Source of the DNA: Thermodesulfobacteriota bacterium
GTDB lineage: Bacteria > Desulfobacterota_D > UBA1144
NCBI GenBank assembly: GCA_036340075.1
Contig: JAYYZJ010000002.1
Location: 1-64,000, forward strand
Reading direction: 5' to 3'
Length of the DNA stretch: 64,000 nt
This document shows, piece after piece, positions 32,001-45,098 of this stretch. Below the pieces are notes generated by a model that saw nothing but the letters and a program-made list of their open reading frames with translations, was not told where the DNA came from and did no database searches. A program made the position numbers and the translations under genes. How positions within the stretch are numbered: the first letter of the stretch is position 1; each line of letters begins with the position of its first letter.

Positions 32001-33281
32001 TCAGCTTTTAAATACTGTTCTTCCAGAACATATAGTTCTAATTACTTTACCTTTTAAATTATGTCCATCAAATGGAGTGTTTTTACTTTTTGAGAACATA
32101 CTGTTCTTATTAATTTTCACTTTCGCGTTAATGTCGAAAATAACAATATCTGCTTCGGATCCTACTTTAAGAGTTCCTCTATTTATATTTATAATTTCCG
32201 AAGGTTTAGTCGACATCTTATAAATTAAATCAGATAACGAAATCTTCTTCGTATGAACAAGGTTAAGGGATAATGGCAAAGCAGTTTCCAAACCTATTAT
32301 TCCAAAAGGGGCCTTTGCAAAACCAACTGATTTCTCTTTAGCAGTATGAGGAGCATGATCTGTTGCTATTATATCTATCACATTTTCCTTTAATCCATCG
32401 ATAATTGCTTTAACATCTTTTTTAGTTCGCAGCGGGGGATTCATTTTATAATCTGGACTACAATTTTTTATATCATCTTCCGAGAGTGTAAAATGATGGG
32501 GTGCAGCTTCACATGTTACGTTGACACCTCTTTTTTTAGCATCACGAATTATATCAACTGAACCTTTGGCTGTAACATGACATACGTGCAAATGTGCACC
32601 GGTTGCTTCTGCTATTACAATATCTCTAAATATTCCTAACTCTTCAGAAATGTTAGGTATTCCTTTTAAAGAATATTTTCTTGAAAATTTTCCTTCATTG
32701 GCAACACCATCTAAAGACAGGGATAAATCTTCACAATGGGATATAACGGGAACCGATATTTCTTTTGCAATCTGCATTGCATTAAATAGAAGTACAGAAT
32801 TTGTTACAGGAAAACCATCATCAGAAATTCCCACACAACCTCTTCTTATATTAGATTTAATTGATGCAAGTTCACGGCTTTTAGAAGATTTAGTTATAGC
32901 ACCAATAGGATATATATTTAAAAGTGATATTTTCTTTGCTTCTTCTAGAATATAATCAGTAATAGTCGAATTATCATTAATTGGTTTAGTGTTTGGCATG
33001 CATGCTATGGAAGTAAAACCGCCTGCTACAGCTGCCTTTGAACCTGTACTAATCGTCTCCTTGTGTTTGTAGCCAGGGTCTCTTAAATGAACATGGATAT
33101 CAACAAAACCTGGTGCGACTATTAAATTCTTTGCATCAATAATTTCATCAAAAGAATCTTCCTTAAAAGATTTTTTGTTAGAAATCTCTTGGATTTTACT
33201 ATCTTTAATTACAATATTAATTTTTTTTGAAAGTTTCAATGAAGGGTCTACAACTAAACCGTTTTTAATTAAAATTCTCAT
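32001..33281 (-). CDS. pyrC: Dihydroorotase (type I, long form)
   Basis: DIHVHLRDPG, MPNT, HCED, KMNPPLR, ATDHAPH; metal ligands intact. Confidence 0.96.
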   Translation of the reverse strand: MRILIKNGLVVDPSLKLSKKINIVIKDSKIQEISNKKSFKEDSFDEIIDAKNLIVAPGFVDIHVHLRDPGYKHKETISTGSKAAVAGGFTSIACMPNTKPINDNSTITDYILEEAKKISLLNIYPIGAITKSSKSRELASIKSNIRRGCVGISDDGFPVTNSVLLFNAMQIAKEISVPVISHCEDLSLSLDGVANEGKFSRKYSLKGIPNISEELGIFRDIVIAEATGAHLHVCHVTAKGSVDIIRDAKKRGVNVTCEAAPHHFTLSEDDIKNCSPDYKMNPPLRTKKDVKAIIDGLKENVIDIIATDHAPHTAKEKSVGFAKAPFGIIGLETALPLSLNLVHTKKISLSDLIYKMSTKPSEIININRGTLKVGSEADIVIFDINAKVKINKNSMFSKSKNTPFDGHNLKGKVIRTICSGRTVFKS

Positions 33282-33290
33282 AAAAAATAA

Positions 33291-34145
33291 TTATCTCAGA
33301 ACTCTTTCTAAAAGTATTTGTCTGCACCAAACACCGAATTGTATTTGCTCAAAATATTTTGCTCTAGAATCTTGATCAAATTCTATTGGTATCTCATTCA
33401 CTCTTGGAAAAGGATGCATGACGATTGCGTCTTTATGCAAACTCTTTAGTTGATCTATTGACAATGAATAGTCATGAACGCTACCTCTTTCCTTTTGAAC
33501 TCTTGTAACATATAAAATATCTGTTTCCTTAATTACTTCGTTAACATCTGTTGTTTCCGAAAAACTATTTGGCATAGTTCCAGAGTATTTTAATTTCTTT
33601 GGACTTACAAAATTAAAATGATTGTTTTTAAACCTATCTAGTAACTTAATTAAACTTTTCACGGTTCTTCCATTTTTTAAATCACCTATCATTGTTATGT
33701 TTAAATCTGATAATTTTTTATTTTTGTAATAATAAATTGTAAAACCATCAAGTATTGTTTGTGTAGGATGTTCGCCATTTCCATCACCAGCATTAATAAT
33801 AGGAACTTGGCTTACAATTGAAGCTTTCTTTGCAGAACCACTTTCAGTATGTCTTATAACAATTCCATCACTCATTGTTCCCATAGTCATTATGGTATCT
33901 TCTAAAGATTCACCTTTTGCTACACTTGAAAACTGCACATTGTTTATTGGGATGACAGTACCGCCGGATTTACTCATAGCGCTATAGAATGATGAAGACG
34001 TTCTAGTAGATGGTTCGTAAAATAAGTTTGTTAGAATTTTTCCTTTTAATTTATTGTTTATTGACCCTTTGCTTAATAAAGCCTCTTCCCATAGCGTTGT
34101 TAAAAAATCATTATCTAAATCATCTACAGATAAAATATGCAACAT
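33291..34145 (-). CDS. pyrB: Aspartate carbamoyltransferase catalytic subunit
   Basis: FYEPSTRT, KGESL, IRH, NAGDG..EHPTQ, GDLKNGRT, TRVQKER, MHPFPR. Confidence 0.96.
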   Translation of the reverse strand: MLHILSVDDLDNDFLTTLWEEALLSKGSINNKLKGKILTNLFYEPSTRTSSSFYSAMSKSGGTVIPINNVQFSSVAKGESLEDTIMTMGTMSDGIVIRHTESGSAKKASIVSQVPIINAGDGNGEHPTQTILDGFTIYYYKNKKLSDLNITMIGDLKNGRTVKSLIKLLDRFKNNHFNFVSPKKLKYSGTMPNSFSETTDVNEVIKETDILYVTRVQKERGSVHDYSLSIDQLKSLHKDAIVMHPFPRVNEIPIEFDQDSRAKYFEQIQFGVWCRQILLERVLR

Positions 34146-34162
34146 ATTATTTATAAGATAAC

Positions 34163-34903
34163 CTACTCAATTAAATCAAACATCCTATTAAATCTAACTA
34201 TATCTTTAACATTTTTAAAATTATTATTCCATGAAAAATGAATAATTATTGCTTTTCCTATTATATTTTCTTTTGGCACAAAGCCCCAATATCTACTATC
34301 TTTACTATTGTCTCTGTTATCTCCTAGAACAAAATACTTATTTAATGGGACTATAATTTCTAAATTTTCAATATTTTCTTTATGTCGATTAGATGCTTCT
34401 TTATATATTATCTTTATTTTTTTGTTTCCAAAATCATTCAAATAAATTTCATGTTTTTCCTCATTAAGATAATATGTATCATTGTGATTTGTAGATATTT
34501 TTATTCCATTCACATAAAGTTCTTTGTCTAAAAGCCTAATTTTATCTCCTGGCAATCCAATAATTCTCTTTATGTAATATGTTGAAGTGAGACCTATGAA
34601 CCCACCGTTAGGACAACTCGTAGACTGCTTATCTAATGGGTAACGAAAAACAATTATGTCTCCTCTTTTAAAATCCTTAAAACCTCCAATAATTTTCGAA
34701 TCTGAGCAAGGAAGAGAAAATCCATAGCTAACTCTATCTACTAACAAATGATCCCCTACAAGTAGAGTTGGATACATGGATTTAGATGGAATCTTGAAAG
34801 GTTGTATAAAAATATATCTTATAAAAAGAGCCGCAATTAATGCAAAAAGTAAAGATTTAAAAGTTGTTAATATACTTGATTTAATTGAACTGTCATTAGA
34901 CAT
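34163..34903 (-). CDS. lepB: Signal peptidase I
   Basis: IPSKSMYPTL..GD, YIKRIIGLPGD, GDNRDNSKDSRYWG. Confidence 0.97.
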   Translation of the reverse strand: MSNDSSIKSSILTTFKSLLFALIAALFIRYIFIQPFKIPSKSMYPTLLVGDHLLVDRVSYGFSLPCSDSKIIGGFKDFKRGDIIVFRYPLDKQSTSCPNGGFIGLTSTYYIKRIIGLPGDKIRLLDKELYVNGIKISTNHNDTYYLNEEKHEIYLNDFGNKKIKIIYKEASNRHKENIENLEIIVPLNKYFVLGDNRDNSKDSRYWGFVPKENIIGKAIIIHFSWNNNFKNVKDIVRFNRMFDLIE

Positions 34904-34933
34904 TGTTGTACTTAATTATATTGAGCCAAACAA

Positions 34934-37087
34934 TTAATACAAGTTAAGATTGTACTGATTATGCTTTCCGTAAAGTAATCTATCAACATTATTAATATCA
35001 GGTAACAAATTCAAGTCATCAATAATCTCAGACAAATGATTAGTATCTTTAACTAACATTTCAATATATATAGATGATTTAGTCAAAGATATTGGCTTAG
35101 CATTAATTTTAATTATATTTGAATCATGTTTAGCGATTGTATTTGAAATTTCCGAAAGGATTCCAGGCTTATCAAAACAAGTAACTTTAAGTCGTGTAGA
35201 AGTTTTAGATTGAAATGATTCATTCCATTTCGCATCCACTAATCTTGAGGTATCAACTTCTAGAATTTGTTTGCAAGAAATTCGATGGATAGAAATACCT
35301 CTTCCTATAGTTATATATCCAATTATTTCATCACCATAGATAGGAGAACAGGATTTGCAAAATCTAACCATAATATTATCATTGCCGCCAACTATTATTC
35401 CATCGTTTAGACTAGTTGAATTGCTTGGTATTTCCTTTAACTTCTTATTCGCCGGATTAAGATCAAAATAATTTAAAATTTCTAATAAATTTATTTTTGA
35501 AAATGAATATGCTACAAATAAGTCATCTAAATTTTTTAGAGATTTCTTTTGCGCAAAAGCATTTAACTTATCTGTCGCATCTTTTGTATTAATATCTATT
35601 CCATACTTATTTAGTTTCTTCTCTAGAATCTCTTTTCCTAATTTTAATGATTCTACCGATAAATCATTTTTTATAGAGTTTCGGATTTTTGTTTTAGCTT
35701 TTGATGTTATTACATGCTTCAACCAATCTCTATTTGGCTTTCTATCTTTCTTTGTAATTATCTCAATCGTATCACCACTTTTCAATTTGTAATTAAGCGG
35801 TACTATTTTTGAATTTACTCTTGCTGATGAACATTGATCACCTAAATCAGAGTGAATTGAATATGCAAAATCAATAATCGATGAATCTATTGGCAATTCT
35901 TTTAAATCACCATTAGGTGTAAAAACATATACGAAATTAGTTGTTAATTCATCCTTCACTGCATCTATAAATTCTTTAGGATCATTTAATGTTTGTGCAT
36001 CAAATATCTTTTTGACACTATCAGGCAGATCAATAATTCTTTCTCTTGGTAATTTATCGAGTTTGTACTTCCAGTGAGCAGCAACACCATACTCTGCAAA
36101 CTCATGCATTTTTTTTGTTCGGATTTGAACCTCAACTTGGTCTCCGAAAGGTCCAATAACAATTGTATGAAGAGACTTGTATCCATTGCTTTTAGGTAAT
36201 GCAATATAATCTTTAAATCTTCCTGGAATTGGTTTCCATACGGAATGCACCGAACCTAGAGCAGCATAACAAGCAGCAATGTCCTCAGTTATAATTCTAA
36301 AAGCTTTAACATCTCTAACGCTATTTGAGTCTATATCTCTACTTATCATTTTCTTATATATTCCATAAAAGTTTTTAAATCTATTTTGTATTTCTGCTTT
36401 GATATTAAACTTTTTTAATTGTTCAAAAATAAGACTTTCTATTTCTAAGCTATACTTTTCCCATTCTTCCTTCTTCTCTACAAAAGTTTTAGAAATTTCT
36501 TCATACTCATCAGGCTTTAATACTTTAAAACATCTGTCTTCTAGTTCGATTCTCATCCAGTAAATACCTAGTCTGTCAGCAAGGGGTGCATACAAATCCA
36601 ATGTTTCTTTAGCAAGAGACTCTTGCTTGTTTTTTGGTAAAAAAGAAATCGTTCTTACATTGTGAAGTCTATCTGCAAGTTTAACGATTATAACTCTTAT
36701 GTCTTTTCCAGTAGCTAGAATTAATTTCCTAAAGTTCTCTGCCTGTCTTTTGAAACTTGAACTTATTTGTATTTGGCCAATTTTTGTAACTCCTTCAACT
36801 AAAGTAAGGACTTCCTTTCCAAACATTTCATTTATGTCATCTTCTGTCGCAAGAGTATCCTCTAAAGTATCATGCAATAAACCTGTTATTATTGATTCCT
36901 TATCTAATTTAATATCTGCAAGTACCGATGTAACTTCCATGGGATGAACCATATAAGGCTCTCCTGAATACCTTTTTTGTCCCGCGTGCACCTTTGCGGA
37001 ATACGCATAAGCCTTTTTTACTTCTTCCATATCTTCTTTTGCTAGATAAGAATCAAGCTTTTCGATAATATCATCAAATCTAATCAT
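34934..37087 (-). CDS. rel: Bifunctional (p)ppGpp synthetase/hydrolase Rel
   Basis: HD motif LLHDTLED, RFKDYI, GVAAHWKYK, TGS, CxxC and ACT domains. Confidence 0.95.
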   Translation of the reverse strand: MIRFDDIIEKLDSYLAKEDMEEVKKAYAYSAKVHAGQKRYSGEPYMVHPMEVTSVLADIKLDKESIITGLLHDTLEDTLATEDDINEMFGKEVLTLVEGVTKIGQIQISSSFKRQAENFRKLILATGKDIRVIIVKLADRLHNVRTISFLPKNKQESLAKETLDLYAPLADRLGIYWMRIELEDRCFKVLKPDEYEEISKTFVEKKEEWEKYSLEIESLIFEQLKKFNIKAEIQNRFKNFYGIYKKMISRDIDSNSVRDVKAFRIITEDIAACYAALGSVHSVWKPIPGRFKDYIALPKSNGYKSLHTIVIGPFGDQVEVQIRTKKMHEFAEYGVAAHWKYKLDKLPRERIIDLPDSVKKIFDAQTLNDPKEFIDAVKDELTTNFVYVFTPNGDLKELPIDSSIIDFAYSIHSDLGDQCSSARVNSKIVPLNYKLKSGDTIEIITKKDRKPNRDWLKHVITSKAKTKIRNSIKNDLSVESLKLGKEILEKKLNKYGIDINTKDATDKLNAFAQKKSLKNLDDLFVAYSFSKINLLEILNYFDLNPANKKLKEIPSNSTSLNDGIIVGGNDNIMVRFCKSCSPIYGDEIIGYITIGRGISIHRISCKQILEVDTSRLVDAKWNESFQSKTSTRLKVTCFDKPGILSEISNTIAKHDSNIIKINAKPISLTKSSIYIEMLVKDTNHLSEIIDDLNLLPDINNVDRLLYGKHNQYNLNLY

Positions 37088-37651
37088 CTATAAATTTCCT
37101 ATAATTCTTTTTACTTCGTTTAAACATTCTTCGAAATCTTCATTAATAACCATATGATTAAAATACTTAGACTGTAAAATTTCTTTGGTTGCCACCTCTA
37201 TTCTTTTGTCAATTTCTTCTGTGCTCATATCGTTTCTATCTACAAGCCTTTTTTTTAATTCATTTATAGAAGGTGGTTTTATAAAAATAGAAAGACAATC
37301 AAAATGATTAGTATTTATAATAGATGAAGCACCCTTGACATCGATGTCTAGCAGTACACTATGTTTAAATCTTAAAGATTCTCTAATTGGTTCAATTGGT
37401 GTTCCATAAAGATTCCCATGTACTTGCTCATATTCAAGAAATAGATTATCGTCAACCATCTCTTCGAACTGATCCCTTGAAATAAATTTATAATGCTCCT
37501 TATCTTTTTCCATAGTTCTCTTGTCTCTTGTGGTATAAGAAACAGAAAAATCTAAATTCTTTACAGAATTTAAAAGCTCAGAAGTGATTGAAGATTTCCC
37601 TGCTCCTGAAGGACCAGAAATAATTATTAAGAATCCACCTTTAACAGTCAT
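37088..37651 (-). CDS. gmk: Guanylate kinase
   Basis: SGPSGAGKS, SVSYTTR, YGTP, LDIDVKG. Confidence 0.96.
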   Translation of the reverse strand: MTVKGGFLIIISGPSGAGKSSITSELLNSVKNLDFSVSYTTRDKRTMEKDKEHYKFISRDQFEEMVDDNLFLEYEQVHGNLYGTPIEPIRESLRFKHSVLLDIDVKGASSIINTNHFDCLSIFIKPPSINELKKRLVDRNDMSTEEIDKRIEVATKEILQSKYFNHMVINEDFEECLNEVKRIIGNL

Positions 37652-37689
37652 AATTTATAATATTAAAACAAAAAAAATAACAATGGAAT

Positions 37690-38115
37690 TTAAAGATTTC
37701 CAGCACGTTGAGTTCCCTCACATGAATCACAAGAGAATTCACTTTCTGCGCAATCATTTAGTCTTTTTTCAAGCAACTCTAGTAATAAATCATCAACACC
37801 TAATGGTTTGGCTACATGATAGTTTGTATCTGGAAAATTCAATGATGCCTCTTTAGCTAATGATGGAATATCCTGATTCCAGTGTTTTCCAGGTCCTAAA
37901 AAGAATGGACATATAACAATAAAATCAGCGCCCTTTTCAACACAACGTCCATATGCAGTTGAAATTGATGGTTCAGCCAATTCCATATGTGCTGGCTCAA
38001 CAATATCATATTTAACAGAAAATTTTTGATGGAAAAGCATTGTTATTTCTTCAAGCATTTTATTACTTTCTTCGCGCTTTGAACCATGATCAACTATAAC
38101 AATTCCCTTTTTCAT
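37690..38115 (-). CDS. CbiX/SirB-family sirohydrochlorin chelatase (single domain, Cys-rich C-terminus)
   Basis: VDHGS, AHMELAEPSI, PFFLGPGKHW..DIP. True start is ATG 38115; the track's extension runs into tRNA-Leu. Confidence 0.88.
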   Translation of the reverse strand: MKKGIVIVDHGSKREESNKMLEEITMLFHQKFSVKYDIVEPAHMELAEPSISTAYGRCVEKGADFIVICPFFLGPGKHWNQDIPSLAKEASLNFPDTNYHVAKPLGVDDLLLELLEKRLNDCAESEFSCDSCEGTQRAGNL

Positions 38116-38145
38116 GAAACTTATAATAACTGAATTTATAAGAAA

Positions 38146-38227
38146 TGCCGAAGGCGGGACTCGAACCCGCACGTCCGAAGACACCACCCCCTCAAGATGG
38201 CGCGTCTACCAGTTCCGCCACTTCGGC
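38146..38227 (-). tRNA. tRNA-Leu(GAG), no encoded CCA
   Basis: GCCGAAG/CTTCGGC acceptor stem, CCATC-TTGAGGG-GGTGG anticodon arm, variable arm, GGTTCGAGTCC. Confidence 0.94.
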
Positions 38228-38250
38228 TATATACAAATATTCATACATCT

Positions 38251-39474
38251 TTAGGCTCCAAATTTATTCAACATATCTGCATGAGCAAATATTATATTTA
38301 AAAGATTTTTAGCCTCTAAAGTTCCAACAGTACCTTTTAAACATTCTTTTTCAGTAAACCTTTGCGAATTTCCGTAGAAACTATTTTTTGAATTAATGAG
38401 AATAGGAACTGGATGCCAACTGTGGGATTTCATTTTAGCTGGAGTTGAATGATCACCAGTTATTGTGATTACATCAAAACCAATTTTTTGTATTTTTGGA
38501 ACTACCTTGTCAAATTCCTCAATAATTTGAATCTTCTTTTTGTAATTCCCATCCTCTCCATAGCTATCTGTCTTTTTTACATGTAAGTAAAAAAAGTCAT
38601 ATTTATTATAAGAATCGCTTAAAGCTTGCACCTGAGAAACAATGCTTTGATTTTTAGGAATTTCTGGCTTCATGCCAACTAGAGCCGCTATACCCTTATA
38701 CATAGGGTATGTAGTAATAGAACATGACTTAATATCATACAGCTCATTAAATGTTGGTATTTTTGGAAAAGTAGAAAAACCTCTAAGTAAAACATAATTA
38801 GCATTTTTCTCTTCACTTAGAATATTTGATATCCTATTAATTAATTTTTTAATAATTTTTTCAACAGACTTTGATTTTTTATTTAAACCAATAGGCTTCA
38901 AAGGAGAAAGTCCTTCTACCTGAGGGTCTGTGTCTGACAACATAGATTCTTCTTTAGATAGTTTCTTTTTGAAAGACAATTTGCAAACAAATCTATGTTC
39001 CAACCCTGATTTGAAATCTACATAAACATTATCAATTTTTTTTATCTCTTTTTTAAGCTTATTAATTATTCTTTTATTTGTACTTGTATTTATCCGTCCT
39101 GCTCTTCTATCTGTTACAACTATTTTATTATTAATCTTCTTAACTGTTGCAAAATTACCACGTATTGCTATATCTTTATCTGTTACTTTCATATCAAGAC
39201 CAAGTGCTTCCAAGACACCTCTCCCTATATCAAACGCCAATGGGTCATATCCAAATAAAGCTAAATGTGCAGAACCACTTCCTGGAGTTAATCCATGCAG
39301 TATAGGTATGTGCACACCTGTTTCTGATTTTTTAGCTAACTTATTTAAATTAGGTGTTTTAGCTGCTTCTAGTTCTGTTTTGACAGGGTTGGGAAGGCCG
39401 CCTACTCCATCCAAAACTACCATTAAAATTTTCTTCTTTGTTTTGTTTACTAGTTTTCTTCTTAATTCATGCAT
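38251..39474 (-). CDS. apgM: 2,3-bisphosphoglycerate-independent phosphoglycerate mutase, ApgM (archaeal-type) family
   Basis: LDGVG, TELEAAKTPNL, PGSGSAHL, GRGVLEALG, HVKKTD..GEDG, TGDHSTP, HSWHPVP. Confidence 0.9.
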   Translation of the reverse strand: MHELRRKLVNKTKKKILMVVLDGVGGLPNPVKTELEAAKTPNLNKLAKKSETGVHIPILHGLTPGSGSAHLALFGYDPLAFDIGRGVLEALGLDMKVTDKDIAIRGNFATVKKINNKIVVTDRRAGRINTSTNKRIINKLKKEIKKIDNVYVDFKSGLEHRFVCKLSFKKKLSKEESMLSDTDPQVEGLSPLKPIGLNKKSKSVEKIIKKLINRISNILSEEKNANYVLLRGFSTFPKIPTFNELYDIKSCSITTYPMYKGIAALVGMKPEIPKNQSIVSQVQALSDSYNKYDFFYLHVKKTDSYGEDGNYKKKIQIIEEFDKVVPKIQKIGFDVITITGDHSTPAKMKSHSWHPVPILINSKNSFYGNSQRFTEKECLKGTVGTLEAKNLLNIIFAHADMLNKFGA

Positions 39475-39488
39475 ACTGATATCTTATA

Positions 39489-40235
39489 TCATAAATCTAC
39501 TGATAATCCATCATAACCTGGCTCAACCCCTTTTGGAAGAATTTCTAATAATTCGTAATAATCCAAATCTGACCCCATATGAGTAAGGATTGTTCTTTTC
39601 GCTCTTATGTTTGACGATAGCTCTACAGCTTGTTCAACTGAAAGATGAGCATTATGTGGAGTTAATCTTAAAGCATCTAAAACAAGTAAGTCCAAATCTT
39701 GCATCTTGCTTATCGTTTCATCTGGTATAGAGCTACAATCCGTAATATATGCAAAACTTCCTATTCGATAACCAAAGATATCCCAATCGCTATGAATTAT
39801 AGGTAAAGGAATTACCTTTACTCCTTGCTCTACAAACTCTTTCTCTATAACCTTAAGATTTAATCTTGGTCTCCCTGCACTATTCTTTGGGTTAAAAATA
39901 TATGAAAAATTTTCTTTAATATCTCTTATGGTGTAATTATTTCCATAACAATTAATTCTATCCTTTCTCAAATAACTATACATTCTGAGGTCGTCTATTC
40001 CATGCGTGTGGTCAGCATGAGAATGTGTATAAAGAACAAAATCTATATTTTTTATCTTATTATTTAATGCCTGTTGACGAAAGTCTGGCCCGCTATCTAT
40101 TAGGATATCTTTTTCTTGCGTAGATATATAAATAGAACTTCTAGTCCTCCAGTTTTTTTTCTTAATATTTGTATAGTCTTTACCAAGAACTGGGGATCCA
40201 ACTGATGATCCACATCCTAGAACAATTACCTTCAC
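39489..40235 (-). CDS. MBL-fold metallo-hydrolase (PhnP/YycJ-like)
   Basis: LGCGSS.G, IDSGPDFRQQ, THSHADHTHG, AYITDC, LTH. Confidence 0.9.
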   Translation of the reverse strand: MKVIVLGCGSSVGSPVLGKDYTNIKKKNWRTRSSIYISTQEKDILIDSGPDFRQQALNNKIKNIDFVLYTHSHADHTHGIDDLRMYSYLRKDRINCYGNNYTIRDIKENFSYIFNPKNSAGRPRLNLKVIEKEFVEQGVKVIPLPIIHSDWDIFGYRIGSFAYITDCSSIPDETISKMQDLDLLVLDALRLTPHNAHLSVEQAVELSSNIRAKRTILTHMGSDLDYYELLEILPKGVEPGYDGLSVDL

Positions 40236-40254
40236 ATAAAAAATATATCATTAG

Positions 40255-43015
<2,761 letters not shown>

Positions 43016-43023
<8 letters not shown>

Positions 43024-43726
43024 TTATGAATCTATTTAAGAATATGCCTGAAGAAACACTAACATTTAATGAGTTTGTTTGTCCTAACCTGCTAATACTC
43101 ATCAGAAAATCACATTTTGCCTTTAGTCGCGGCGTTACACCTTTATCTTCTGAACCAAAGACAATCCCTAATTTTTCTCCTACAAATTTGTCAAACGTTT
43201 GATTGTTGACATCTTCACCATTGATATCTGCACCTAATATCCAATAATTATTTCTCTTAAGCTCCTCAATTGTATTAGATAAATTTGATACTTCGTAAAT
43301 ATTAATTCCAAAAATTGCCCCTGCTGAAGCTTTAATTGCTCCTGCAGATATTTTTGCAGATCTCTTATTTGGAATAACAATTGTGTTGATACCAAAAAAT
43401 TCACTAGTACGTGAGATGGCACCTAAATTTTGTGGGTCTTTAATATGGTCAAGGATTAAAACGATATCGCTCATTTCTTTTATATTATTTTTAAAATCTT
43501 TAAATTCTTTTGTAGGAGATATGGAAATCTCTGCTGCTAGTGACTGATGTTTTGTTGTTCCGGTTATCTTCTTTAATTCAAAATCTGATACATACTTTGT
43601 ATTTATATTCTTAGTTGATTTTAATTCATAATCTAGAGATTTTGTTTTTGATATAAAAAGAGTCGAGATTTTACTAGGGAACAATTTTATAAAATCTACA
43701 ACTGGATTAATACCATAAATTATCAT
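43016..43726 (-). CDS. rlmB: 23S rRNA Gm2251 methyltransferase (SpoU/TrmH family)
   Basis: IYGINPV, HQ, LDHIKDPQNLGAI.R, KASAGA, SLNVSV. Confidence 0.88.
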
Positions 43727-45090
43727 TCTGATTTTTCTTTGGTGAATTCACTATATATTTCTACAATTTTTAAATCTAGATACTTATTATCAAACAATTC
43801 AACAGGATTAAAAGGTACACCTTGTATATAAGTTGAAAAATGTAAATGATCACCAAAAGCATATCCCGTTGTACCGGTATGACCAATAATTACTTTTCTA
43901 TCAACTGATTCTCCTTCTTTGACCAATATAGAACTTAAATGAGAGTATAAAGAATAGAACCCTATTCCATGATCAATAATTACACTTTTCCCATAAATGC
44001 CCAAACCATTGTTGTTGACATAAGAAACAATTCCTTTGTTGGATGGATAGACATTAGCGTTTTCAACTGATGCTAAATCAATCCCAAGGTGGTATTTTGT
44101 ATCAATCATATTTTCATTATTATTCAAATAATAGTTTCTCTTTTCACTATATTGAGAAAAGACTTTTGAATTTTTCATTTGTAAGAATTTTCCTTGAAAC
44201 AGTAACTCATTTCTAATCTTAGAAGTATTTATTGTTAGCACTTCATCGTTCCTTTTTCTTTCGTTGATGTTTAACTCTTTGAATTCTTTTATTCCGACTG
44301 ACTTTCTATTTTCTTTTTTTATTTCATTAAATTTTGCTAATAAAAACGAACTATTAATAGTAATATTTGAGACAGGCCAAGGCTTAATTCTGAGTGTATT
44401 AATTTTTTTTGATCTTGTTACCTTATTGCCAGTCTTGTCCTCGGCTGTAATTACTATTTCGTTATTTTTGCAAGGTTTGTTAGAACAAGTAAAAAATACA
44501 AGATGCGAAATTCGATTATCGCGAATAATAGATATTGGATAAAAACTTTTAGGTGCTCCAGTATTAACATAAGATTTAACAGCATCTAAACTTGTATCAA
44601 AAAGAACGTAACCAACTCCTCCTAAATATACATAGCCATCTGATTTAATATTGGAAATTGTTGGGGGTTCAAAATCAATTTTAAGTATCATCTTGTCTTT
44701 TATAAAAGAAGTAAAAAAAGCATTTTTATAACTTATCGAATAGTGCAAATAGAACTTGTCTATATTTTCACTCCTTATCATTTTAACTACAGGGCTATTT
44801 TCTTTAAATTTAATTGCGATATCTATTTCATTACCTGCATCTACGAAATCATCTTGTTTATATATATCAACAAGGCTTTCTCCATCTTTACTTCCCGAGA
44901 TATCAATCGAAATAATTTTAACGTTATCCGTTTTAATACTTGCCTTAAGACCAGAGTATGAAATTGTATCTTTTGCAAACAATTCAAAATTAGGTTTGTG
45001 GAACATGTAGACAAAAACTACATATCCTAATGATACAAAAACAAAAAATATACCTAACAAGATAAGGTGTTTTTTGAACTTTCTAAGCAT
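43723..45090 (-). CDS. Membrane-anchored M23 family metallopeptidase
   Basis: N-terminal TM, HLGID, YGK..IIDHG, YSHL, G.TG.A.GDHLHF. Confidence 0.9.
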   Translation of the reverse strand: MLRKFKKHLILLGIFFVFVSLGYVVFVYMFHKPNFELFAKDTISYSGLKASIKTDNVKIISIDISGSKDGESLVDIYKQDDFVDAGNEIDIAIKFKENSPVVKMIRSENIDKFYLHYSISYKNAFFTSFIKDKMILKIDFEPPTISNIKSDGYVYLGGVGYVLFDTSLDAVKSYVNTGAPKSFYPISIIRDNRISHLVFFTCSNKPCKNNEIVITAEDKTGNKVTRSKKINTLRIKPWPVSNITINSSFLLAKFNEIKKENRKSVGIKEFKELNINERKRNDEVLTINTSKIRNELLFQGKFLQMKNSKVFSQYSEKRNYYLNNNENMIDTKYHLGIDLASVENANVYPSNKGIVSYVNNNGLGIYGKSVIIDHGIGFYSLYSHLSSILVKEGESVDRKVIIGHTGTTGYAFGDHLHFSTYIQGVPFNPVELFDNKYLDLKIVEIYSEFTKEKSE

Positions 45091-45098
45091 TTTTTAAA

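Noticed and set aside
38116..38187. N-terminal extension of the CbiX/SirB ORF
   Set aside because: It lies within tRNA-Leu and its trailer; family similarity starts at MKKGIVIVDHGS (38115).
38146..38227. tRNA-Leu as an island integration site
   Set aside because: No duplicated 3' end, integrase or phage genes seen; the flanking genes are mostly housekeeping.
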